Positions 1 through 8,678 of a DNA stretch of 10,889 nucleotides are shown here, one piece after another. Each line of letters begins with the position of its first letter. The first letter of the stretch is position 1. The position numbers were made by a program, and so were the translations under genes. The stretch is from Azolla caroliniana (Eukaryota; Plantae; Polypodiophyta), in NCBI GenBank assembly GCA_043228905.1, contig JBHGNT010001217.1, forward strand, positions 1-10,889, written 5' to 3'. The notes under the pieces are model-generated. The model was not told the DNA's origin, did not search any database, and worked only from the letters and a program-made list of their open reading frames with translations.

Positions 1-47
1 ATACGTGAAATACCTTTCTATGTGGGATATCTACTTTTAACACGTAT

Positions 48-115
48 GATGTGTTAGTATAATGGTAAGGCTTTATATTATAAACATGAAGGTACAAGGT
101 TCTAATCTTGCCCTA
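48..115 (+). other. Degenerate tRNA-like / SINE-head remnant (Pol III A- and B-box-like motifs)
   Basis: TAGTATAATGGT (55-66) resembles an A box. GGTTCTAATC (98-107) resembles a B box and sits in a CAAG..CTTG hairpin. The 43-nt spacing is tRNA-like. No convincing acceptor or anticodon stem. Confidence 0.3.
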
Positions 116-119
116 TGCA

Positions 120-216
120 TGTGATATATATTTTTATATTCTCTTCTATTTCGTCATATTTATTGAATCTAACACTATATATGTTTTTCACATAGTGTAC
201 GAAATACACTACGACA
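120..216 (-). repeat. 3' LTR remnant (~97 bp) of the Trp-primed element
   Basis: Starts TGTCGTAG directly after the PPT. The left boundary is guessed at ...ATCACA (120). Confidence 0.55.
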
Positions 217-229
217 CTCGCCCCCCTCC
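217..229 (-). other. Polypurine tract (PPT)
   Basis: Minus-strand GGAGGGGGGCGAG abuts TGT. Confidence 0.75.
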
Positions 230-489
230 GAACCTGCATATCCTCCGGTATGTGCCGAAATTGGCAGTGCTCGTAATTCTCCTTTGCCGGTCCATTTTGA
301 GCACATCCATTCTTTCCCCCCGAACCATTGTCTCTATCCAATCCACCATATTCTTCGTTGACTCTTTGCATGGCCATGACCGGTTGTCATGACTCCTTGT
401 GCTCCTCCTGAGCATAACCCTTCATGTCTCGTGCATGTGCCACCTTCGTTCCAACCATCTCCTTGGTCAAGGCACTTCGACCTATCATT

Positions 490-1639
490 TATTCTTGTTT
501 TGTGCCTTCCTCCCCAGGTCTTTGTTCGAATATCGATGTTGACTATCCCATGTAGTCCCTTCAAGTTCATGTTGTCATGCAACCTTCACACTTGGTCCAC
601 CTTCGTCATACAATCTCGCGTTAGAATTGACAATCTTCATGTTAGAGCCCTCTTTTGTCGAGATCTCATCCTCGGTAACATCCTTCAAATCCACTTGGCC
701 AGCTTGGTCCTTGTCTTCATCAACCTCAACGTCTTTCCGGATCAGTCTCGTCCGATCAACTTTCGGTTGGATCGGCTTTCGATCGAATTAGTATTCGGCT
801 GAATCGTACTCGGTTGATCGGTTTCGACTGAGTTGGCCCCCTTTCGGGTTGGGTTTGACCGATCAGATTTTGCTCAAGTTGGCTTCCGTTCAGATCGGAA
901 TACTGACCGTATCGTCTTTAGGTTCTTCCATTCTTTCCTCTTTCGTGCACAATTGCCCAAATCTCCGAAATAGGTGTGGAGGAATCCCTATGTCTTTGAT
1001 CAATCACAACCGCATCGTAGTCATCACTCGCATTGGCTTGGTCTTCCACTTTCCTGTTCCCACCTTCCGATTCTCCGGTCTCACGTTGCCTCTCGAATGC
1101 AACTGCCGAAGTCTCTAGAATTAGCGTTGGGAAAGTCTCGCCTCGACCATCCGCCATTGACTCATCCATAGCGACCTTCTCGACTATCTCTCCGTCACAT
1201 GCATCGGCTTCAACCTTCGTTTCCTCTTTGCCACCTTCTGTCTCTTCGATGTCACGTTGGCTCTCAGATGCAACTGCCGAAGTCTCTAGAATTAGTGGGA
1301 AGGAGTCCTCGGTATTACCGTCCTCCATCGAATCATCCTTAGCTACCTTCACCTCGATGTCATTATCCATGGCTATCTCTTCAACTCCATAGGATTCATA
1401 CTCTTTTCCCTCCTCGATCGTGCAAGCATTAATTATGCTGACCCCTTTATTCACTCAATGTTTCGAACACTCGTGTTCCGAAACCTTCTTCCACCCACCC
1501 TTGAAGTGATGTTCGCTACTCTCAATTCATCGGTCTTATCCTTGGTCATCGTTCTTTTGCAAGACAAGAGGGTAACTGGTTCCACACCCTCTACCGTGGT
1601 ACCATCGTATCGTAGCTTCGGTCTTCGTATCAGCCACAT
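490..1639 (-). pseudogene. Decayed acidic, low-complexity extension downstream of gag
   Basis: ORFs 1451-1639 and 918-1454 (the latter E/D-rich). The 918 frame continues past its stop (RRYGQYSDLNGSQLEQ...DVEVDEDKDQAGQVDLKDVTEDE) with only sparse stops to ~490. Confidence 0.5.
1060..1360. repeat. ~171-bp imperfect in-frame direct repeat (2 copies)
   Basis: ATGCAACTGCCGAAGTCTCTAGAATTAG at 1097-1124 and 1268-1295. The peptide LILETSAVA.E.QR...E.EGG occurs twice in ORF 918-1454. Confidence 0.85.
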
Positions 1640-1663
1640 CGTTCATCCTTAATTGACCATCCC

Positions 1664-2263
1664 TCATAGACCATGTTGGCATACTCTTTCGACTTCGGCC
1701 CAATCCTCGGTGAGACCATTTGCACCATCATCGTCTTCAAGTTTGATCCCAATGTCCATTATTTCCTTCCGATCGATCGACTTTACGAACATTAGGACTT
1801 TATTCTTCCCCACCAATCTTTGTTCCCGCTCTGAAAGTTGAGCAAAATGATGCTCAAACTCTAGGAATGCTTGTGTTGTGCTTCGGTAGGTCTTCTCCAA
1901 TGCCACCCATTCGTCGAACTTGCGCCGATCTCGTCCCTTCGGACTCTCGTAATCATATGCCTCTCGTAAAGCTTCTTCGAATGACCCCCATGTCGGGTTT
2001 TGTTGTCGTACCTTGTGGATGCTCTCTTGCAGCACATCCATGGCCACCCGATTGAAGGATATGACTTGCAATCTTTCTAATATCCCACATCACATCATCT
2101 CTGCAAGTCATAGATAGTGTGATGCATCCTTTCTGTTGAATTGTCCGTTTCGTTGTACGAGCCGCATTACTGCTACCATGATCTCCGACATCGCTCATTG
2201 TTCTTGTAGCATCCACTCGAACATCATCATCATCGTATTCATTGCCTCTTGTTGATTCTCCAT
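1664..2263 (-). pseudogene. gag: Retrotransposon Gag (capsid-like) pseudogene
   Basis: ATG at 2263 lies 18 nt after the PBS and is in frame with ORF 1664-2071: MENQQEAM...GQFNRKDASHYL*LAEMM*CGI...TWGSFEEALREAY...FLEFEHHFAQLS...VLMFVKSID...LTEDWAEV. Three in-frame TGA stops. F.G/K.D..YL and TW..F...L...Y patterns are typical of retrotransposon Gag. Confidence 0.7.
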
Positions 2264-2280
2264 CTCCTTACCACACGTTC

Positions 2281-2297
2281 TCATGTCGGGTTCACCA
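2281..2297 (-). other. Primer-binding site complementary to the tRNA-Trp 3' end
   Basis: Plus-strand TCATGTCGGGTTCACCA matches the plant cytosolic tRNA-Trp 3' end as I recall it (TCACGTCGGGTTCACCA) at 16/17. It lies 2 nt from the LTR-terminal CA. Confidence 0.8.
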
Positions 2298-2299
2298 AC

Positions 2300-2725
2300 T
2301 GTGTCATGCCTTTCGGCGTCGGATTGTTGCATGAGTCGGGTGGGAACCGTTGGGGTTTTGGACCAGGAGGAGCAAGATGTTGAGATAAGTTTAGTTATGA
2401 ATAGAGTATAAGAAAGAGAGATAGAAATTCGTGATTTCCACGAATATAGTTTTTTAGTTTTATTAATATTTAACCCTAATTATACTTTGGAATAGATTGG
2501 AAAAGAAAGATCGAAAACCTCGTGAATCTCATGAGTATTATATTAATCAATATTTAGACCCTAATAATCACCCTATAAATTTTTATTCTTATTCTTTTCC
2601 CCTTATTACATTGTGCTCCCCATCCTAATATAGGGATGAGAGAGTGTTAGCAATCCATGCTTTTTCGCTAACTATCAACTCCATGCTTTTTCTATCAATA
2701 GAATATATATATTCTTTCTCTAACA
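2300..2725 (-). repeat. 5' LTR remnant of the Trp-primed element
   Basis: Ends ...GGCATGACACA next to the PBS. AT-rich with internal duplications (2424-2480 vs 2513-2568; CCATGCTTTTT twice). The distal boundary (TGTTAGAG at 2725) is uncertain. Confidence 0.55.
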
Positions 2726-2779
2726 TGCCTTTTCTAAAAGTGATCATGCATTTTTTATGAACGCTATTACTAAAAAAAC

Positions 2780-3175
2780 TTTCTCGCAATGTTCACAACC
2801 ATGTGTAGTGCTGCCCGCTTTGCAACAAGTTTGTCTATGCTCTCTACACCTTACATTAAGTCTAGGGATGACTTCATAGACTCTACAATCTCTTCTAAAA
2901 CACATTGGTCCCTAGATTTAATTCTCACCATGTCTTCATTCAAACGTTCATGGTGTAACACTACATATAATATCCCTACAATCCTCCTCACTAAATCTCT
3001 TCGTTATTTCTACCAAATAACGGTTTATGTGAAGAACCACTCGTCTCTTGGTCCTTTCAGATATACCTGAGTTACTTGAAAACTCACTCTCGTTGGGGAC
3101 AATATTTGTCACTAGAGTAGTTAATGTTATATAGACTACACTAAGAAATGTCACTCTAATGTTTTAAAATGGGGC
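2780..3175 (-). pseudogene. Decayed exon, helical protein; possibly the N-terminal region of a DNA-transposon transposase
   Basis: Follows acceptor TTTGCAG (ends 3176). Reads SERTKRRVVLHINRYL...IICSV / (frameshift) LHHERLNEDM...LEEIVESMKSSLDLM*GVESIDKLVAKRAALHMVV. The transposase resemblance is from memory only. Confidence 0.4.
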
Positions 3176-3361
3176 CTGCAAATGTGAACAATCAACAGTT
3201 TCAGACATTAGAAATACGTTTCAAAAATGAAAAATAATCATTTCTTTATATCACAAATTTTTTAAAATGAAAAAATTTAGTACGAAAAATGAAAAAATCG
3301 ATTTATGAGAATGAAACTATAGAATTCTGAAAATGTAAAAATTAAGAAAAGGGGCACTTAC
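3176..3361 (-). other. Putative spliceosomal intron (186 bp)
   Basis: GTAAGT donor at 3361-3356, T-rich body on the minus strand, TTTGCAG acceptor. Confidence 0.55.
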
Positions 3362-3712
3362 TGTCACAAATAGATCATAAGCTCAAGAGACAAGAAAGAA
3401 GATAACCAAATGGATGAATAATATTAACTGAAAGACTCTGTAACTAGTGTTGTTCACCTTGAATTCGTTCAAGATGAACTCAACTATTTATACTACATGG
3501 CATGCATACTTGTTGCACGCATGTGAATCTACAATAGAGCATGTAGGTAGGCATGCATGTGCCAAGTGTAAATACTACATGGGAGCAACTATGCACATGA
3601 TGTTAGCCAAAGCAATAAGGACCAATTATATACATAATTGTATACTAGATATGTTGGTTCACCAATAATACTTGATTATAACATGGTCATGTCAAGAGTT
3701 CGAATCTTGACA
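3362..3712 (-). repeat. 3' LTR of the chromovirus (351 bp)
   Basis: Begins TGTCAAGA right after the PPT and ends TTGTGACA, giving TGTCA/TGACA terminal inverted repeats. TATAAATA at 3492-3485. Confidence 0.8.
3485..3492 (-). promoter_or_regulatory. Putative LTR TATA box
   Basis: TATAAATA on the minus strand within the LTR, downstream of CATG/CATGCA-rich sequence. Confidence 0.45.
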
Positions 3713-3726
3713 TTATCCCCCCTCCT
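3713..3726 (-). other. Polypurine tract of the chromovirus
   Basis: AGGAGGGGGATAA immediately before TGTCAAG. Confidence 0.85.
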
Positions 3727-4141
3727 ACGCCGCCTTCCCAAATCAGCCACTGGTTTGTGGGGATATCGGTGATGAAAATCTTGGACCACCTTCGAGGCAT
3801 TTTGTAAACTTTCCGATGGTTCCCACGTCGCGTCAGACATGGGGTAACCCCTCCACAAGATGAGGTATTGCAAATGTCGACGGTGCCAACGCGAGTCAAG
3901 GATTTGGTTGACCTTGTATTCCTCCCCTGTCGTCAATTGCATAGGTGGTTGTGGTGGGGCCTAACGTCCTGGGAGTTGCGAAGCATAATGGGGTTTCAGG
4001 AGGGAGACATGAAAAACATCGTGAATCTGGAAGTGGGATGGATGGGCGAGCCGGAAGGCAACGAGATTGATGCACTCGATGATACGGAATGGTCCCAACT
4101 TATTGTAATCAAGTTTCGCACATGGACGAGTAGTAGAGATG

Positions 4142-4461
4142 TGTTGAGAGATCAAGCTCAACTTAGTTTAGTTAGTTAGTTAGTCAACACATGTAACTTA
4201 GTAGTTACCTAGATAGAATCTAGTTAGTGTGTTGACCATAAAGCCTTAAATAGGATTTTGTACTCGAGTGGGATACATTATAGATCCACCACTCCATGCT
4301 CATTTAATATAGGACTTACACGTTGTACTTATATTCTCCTAGCACATGTGCACCCTTGTACATGAAACCTATATATACCTCATTGAAGGTATTTTTGTAT
4401 TTGATGATGATAATGTTAAGTTAATATACTTACTCACCCCCCATCCTGTGTTTCATAAGTG

Positions 4462-4517
<56 letters not shown>

Positions 4518-4616
4518 TCTCACAGACATACACACATATCACTTAATCTTCCGCGCTTAACTTAATCACATAATTAGGTACTAACTAACTCTTAATTACT
4601 TGCCTAATTCTTAACA
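4142..4616. mobile_element. Solo LTR (475 bp) nested in the chromovirus integrase
   Basis: TGTTGAGA...TCTTAACA termini (7/8 inverted match) and a perfect 5-bp TSD AGATG (4137-4141, 4617-4621). Excision restores the pol frame. TATA-like CCTATATATA near 4368 suggests plus orientation. Confidence 0.9.
4464..4514. repeat. (CT)n microsatellite, ~25 units
   Basis: Uninterrupted TC run inside the solo LTR. Confidence 0.98.
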
Positions 4617-4895
4617 AGATGTTTCAGTGTAACAACCAGACCATGTCTCCAACGACAAAGTGGGGAGTGGCAGATCGATGGCGATCAACCTGCTTCTTGT
4701 ATCGTTCACTAGTGAGACTACGCCCCAAGGATATATCATGATGTAGCTCTTCTAAAATGCGTGCGCGATCCTCCGCCGAAGGGTTCACAAAAGTGGTAGG
4801 AAGGCAAATGTTGCCTTGACCTTGGCTCCATCTGACTTCGACCCATCGTTCCATTTGCAACTTGTACGACCTCCAGGTATTCTCTGTGCTGCATT

Positions 4896-5033
4896 TTTAG
4901 GGTTTGATTATTCATATTCTATGTGTTGCATGCTCAACTGGTATGTTTTCATTTTCTTTGTGTTTCCTATCCGTCTATTTTTATTTTGTGTGTGTTTGAC
5001 ATGGATGAGTTGTTTTCTGACTGTTTAGGGTTT
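4896..5033. promoter_or_regulatory. Two telo-box-like motifs in the putative first (5' UTR) intron
   Basis: TTTAGGGTTT at 4896-4905 and 5024-5033, downstream of a CAG|GTATTC donor at 4876/4877. Confidence 0.35.
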
Positions 5034-6282
5034 TTGTGTGTTTGACATGGCTTGTACATGCAACTTAGATTGAGTTGGCTATGATGATTTGTTGGTTGTT
5101 GATGGTATTTTGATGAGTTTTCTTCTTGTACATGCATATTCTTTCAACAAGAATAGTGAAGACTAGGACATTGACGAGAAGGACACCCATAGAGAAGACA
5201 TTGGTGAAAGAGAAAGTGAAAACACTAGTGAAGAAAAGAAAATTGACACCTATCAAAGAAAGCAAGAAGACACCCACAAGAGAAAGGGTGATGAACTCAT
5301 CACCTCAAAGAAGAGAAGATGTGCCACTCCATTATTCGAGACACCTCTCGGATGGTGTTATTTCCTTTGAGCACAACTTGAAGTTTATGAAGAGTTGAGA
5401 GAGTGGTTGATAAAAACCTAGGGGTCACCACATCCCGATACAAGGCGAGGATTCCACATAAGTGGATTGAAGAAGGAATATGTGAACTTATTGAAGACGA
5501 GATATGAACATGTTTATGATACAAATTGAATCTGTAACAATGAGGTGGGTACTGTTTTTGCACGTGCATTTGTATGTGAAGTTCAGGGTGGCATCGACGT
5601 AGATTGGGAATATTTTAATCGTCACCGATCAAAACATTATAAAGGGTCCTCCAGTACCAACACTAGCTTGAAGTCATCGGGAACCTCTCATGTGGATATT
5701 CCGGCTACAACAGTTGTCCACCAAGTTCAATCTGCAAAGCTATAGGCCACAATGACTGAAAAGCATGAACAGATGATGGCCGGTTGCATAGCTTCTATGA
5801 GCTCAAGAATACAAGCACTACTTGATGATTTGGAAGCCTTTAAATCAGTTGAGATATAGGCAAAAAAGCAGTTCTCTTCAGTAAAGACTACATATGAATG
5901 GATTGCATCGACAGTCCAAAATTCAGAAAGTGAGGTGTTAAAAGAGGAGTTGAAGAAAGAGCTGAACAATATAGGCACTCAATTAGGATCACAGATGAGA
6001 GAGAGACCTTGATACTTGCAGAATTGCACATTGCGAACTAGATAATAAGTTGTCAACTTTAAAGTTGCATACTGAGAACCTTGCGTGCTTGATGCAAGAT
6101 TTTAAACGAAAAGGTTTTGAAACTTTGTGTCAATCTGTAATTGAGCACCCAAGTGGTATGGAAAGTACTATTACTAGTATAGCTATATCACGGTATTGGC
6201 TTTATAAGTTATTTATTTCTACTTCTGTGGTATAAATATCATATTAGCTAATATATTATAACTTGTGTTTGCAATCTACTAG

Positions 6283-6467
6283 GTGTATATTTGGTGGCCT
6301 CGGATTCAAGCTTGAGGCTATGGATGTTGTGATTACACCGTGCTTGCACACATATCATGTGCTATGTGCTAAGTATCATTTTGAGAAAGAAAATACATGT
6401 ATGGATTGTAAAACTACAGTTGCTGTTGAGTGGTACTATGCTTGGGGTTTAAAAGTACACCCATACG
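6283..6467 (+). pseudogene. RING-H2 (C3H2C3) zinc-finger exon, with the second Cys position read as Gly
   Basis: C-IF-G...PC-L-H-TY-H-VL-C...TC-MD-C. The GGT codon is one substitution from TGT. Flanked by CTAG| and |GTATGT. Confidence 0.8.
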
Positions 6468-6514
6468 GTATGTGGCTCTACTATTCTATTGTTTGTATTA
6501 TATGATGTCAATTT

Positions 6515-7625
6515 ACATTTGGATTAGAACTAGTGTACGCCACAATTCATACTTCAAATTTAGGAAAACAATGGATTAGTACTAGTGTAGCTCCAACAAC
6601 TAATATGTGGAACCCTATTTATGTGGGTTAGTATTGGTAGTACTCTTAATATATAATTGGTATGGGTAGTTGAACGGATATTTTCCAGAATTAGTACTAT
6701 TTGAGTAATTTGGGAACCAAGTGTGACATTGTTCGAGATTGGTACTAGTTATGTAATTTGAGCACAAGGTATGTAGTACACTGTGAACGATTAGTACTAA
6801 ACGTGTAATTTGTGAATTAGGAGTGTAGAACACATATCATGATTAGTACTACTTGTATGCAAAATACCACTTTAGTACTAAAGAAAGAAGTTGTTTAGAT
6901 GTATTTGTTAGATAAGTTGTTCGTCCAATCTATATTACAACTTGCCTAGTACTAGTTTAATACACACTATACCTGTACTACATTGTTGACTATTAGTACT
7001 ATTTGTGTAATTTGGGAATTAGTTGTGTAGTATATTGTTCACGATTAGTACTAGTTATGTAATTTGGGAACAAGGTGTATAGTAAATTGCTGAAGATTAG
7101 TACAGTTTGGGTAATTTGGAAATGAGATGTGTCAAACACATTTCAAGTTTAGTACTAATAATGTTGAAGATTAATAATGTTGGTGTAATTAGTACTAGTT
7201 ATGTAATTAGGTGTGTAGAACACATATCACATTTAGTATTACTTGTGTGCAAAATACCACGTTAATACTAAAGTCAAATCTACATTTGTTGGATTAGATG
7301 TTAGTCCAATCTATATTACAATGTGCCTAGTACTAGTGTTAGTACACACTATACTTGTAGTACATTGTTGACGATTAGTACTAGTTGTGTAATTTGGGAA
7401 TTTAGTAGTACATTGTTGACGATTAGTACTAGTTGTGTAATTTGGGAACTAAGTGAGTAGTACATTGTTCATGATTAGTACTAGTTGTGTAATTTGGGAA
7501 CTACGTGAGTAATACATTGTTCATGATTAGTACTAGATGTGTAATATGGGAACTAGGTGTAGCCTAATGATTTAGTAATGCAGTTCTTGTGACCTACATT
7601 GTATTTTTTATATCATGGTACTAAC
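6515..7625. repeat. Intronic ~48-52-bp minisatellite with palindromic TAGTACTA core and a ~385-bp higher-order duplication
   Basis: TACATTGTT(G/C)A(C/T)GATTAGTACTAG(T/A)TGTGTAAT(T/A)TGGGAA units at 7361, 7409, 7461 and 7513, with degenerate copies from ~6520. 6815-7020 aligns to 7205-7402. Confidence 0.9.
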
Positions 7626-8678
7626 GTTGAAGGTTTTTTTGTTTCTTGCAATGAATGTTGTAGTGTCAAGCAACTCCACGCGAGGGAAGGTAATGGAACA
7701 ACCAGCCCTAGTGCCTAAACCCTCAGTATCTGCTGCACATTCCAAGGTTTAGGGACCATCATTACCAATAAGCTATGAGTTTTATGATGAAGATGAATGT
7801 ATGAGAAGGGACATTGGAACAGTGGAACATATGCTTCTACAAACAAATTCCCCAAGCTCCGGTCAACATCAAAACAATCTAGGTAACACAAATTGAGTTA
7901 GCATATCTTAATTCTCATTTGTGTGTATGTTGAATGCCTAATGTCTTTAAAAAAGAGCCCACTAAGAAGAGGAATGCTACAAGAAAGTTGTACGGAAAGG
8001 GCAAGAAAGGGAGAATTTAATGCAATGGTGAGTCATATATGTTCTCATTAATGAATTGTCTAATACCATGTATTTGTGTTACTAGCTGATGACGAAATTA
8101 TCTTTGGTGAGGGAGATACGAGTCCAAAACCTGATCATAAAGAAGAATTTATCACACTCCCAAGTACACGTCAAAAGCCCTCTAAGAAAACAATGATTTA
8201 GATCATAACAACCCTATTATAGTGGTGCTTTTGGTGCATTCTATAGATACTATTATGAAATCTTCTATTGACAATGAGCTCCAACTTGTTGAACACTTAG
8301 ATGTTGTGGAGAAGATGACCAAGCCTACCACTTGCAATGGGTTGTCTACAGTTGTACAGTATGATGATGTAACAATAAGTAAAAATGTGGCTATTAACCT
8401 TATGTTCATTGTTGTTGGTATGTTTGCAAACTTTTGAGTATGTGAGTTGATATTAATATTCTTTGGAATCCCATTATTTAGGTTTACAAGAGCAGTCTGA
8501 TTCCCAACTGCAATCAAATGAATCGGGAACTATATGGAGCACAAGTGCAGACTCGTCAGATTCTGGGAATAACCTTTGCATGGAGGCAGACTCTGGGAGC
8601 ACATCTTCCACACATGAGGATATGAAGAAAAGGAAGCATTCATATTTGAAGAGCAGTTGGCATGTACAAACAACAATT

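Larger units (their letters stand above)
120..2725 (-). mobile_element. Degenerate non-autonomous (gag-only, pol-less) LTR retrotransposon, Ty3/Gypsy-like, tRNA-Trp primed
   Basis: Minus-strand order: LTR remnant ending ...GACACA at 2300, 2-nt spacer, PBS TGGTGAACCCGACATGA (2297-2281), gag-like frame from ATG 2263, acidic extension, PPT GGAGGGGGGCGAG (229-217), then TGTCGTAG (216). No protease, RT, RNase H or integrase motifs seen. Outer boundaries are uncertain. Confidence 0.75.
3362..4812 (-). mobile_element. 5'-truncated chromoviral Ty3/Gypsy retrotransposon (Tcn1-like): integrase C-terminus, chromodomain, PPT and 3' LTR
   Basis: NPSAEDRARILEELH...FVVGDMVWLL, KLDYNKLGPFRI...IHDVFHVSLL (GPF/GPY module), EYKVNQILDSRW...YLILWRGYPMSDATWEP (chromodomain), PPT AGGAGGGGGATAA, LTR TGTCA...TGACA. 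Confidence 0.92.
3676..4812 (-). pseudogene. pol: pol fragment: integrase C-terminus, GPF motif and chromodomain, split by a solo LTR
   Basis: Removing 4142-4616 plus one AGATG restores ...GDMVWLLH*NISTTRPCAKLDYNKLGPF... ORFs 3961-4161 and 3676-3942 are in the same frame across a TAG. Confidence 0.9.

Noticed and set aside
48-118. Functional tRNA gene
   Set aside because: Acceptor and anticodon stems do not pair and the T-loop is non-canonical; kept only as a low-confidence remnant.
389-1392. Plus-strand ORFs 389-802, 849-1118, 974-1171 and 1033-1392
   Set aside because: Antisense to the retroelement's acidic frame; no domain features.
3220-3345. AAAAATGAAAAA repeats as transposon subterminal repeats
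   Set aside because: Low complexity; adequately explained as T-rich minus-strand intron sequence.
4142-4161. 'MSLISQH' as the start of the integrase ORF
   Set aside because: These codons come from the inserted solo LTR; the true upstream sequence resumes at 4617.
4346-4546. 66-aa ORF with SLSLSL run
   Set aside because: Translation of the (CT)n microsatellite inside a solo LTR.
5126-5398. Lys/Thr-rich 90-aa ORF
   Set aside because: Alternative frame; the acidic frame starting at 5152 is the one continuous with 5545-5745 and the coiled coil.
6690-7560. CRISPR-like array
   Set aside because: Sequences between the palindromic cores are homologous to each other, not unique spacers; there are no cas genes and the context is eukaryotic and intronic.
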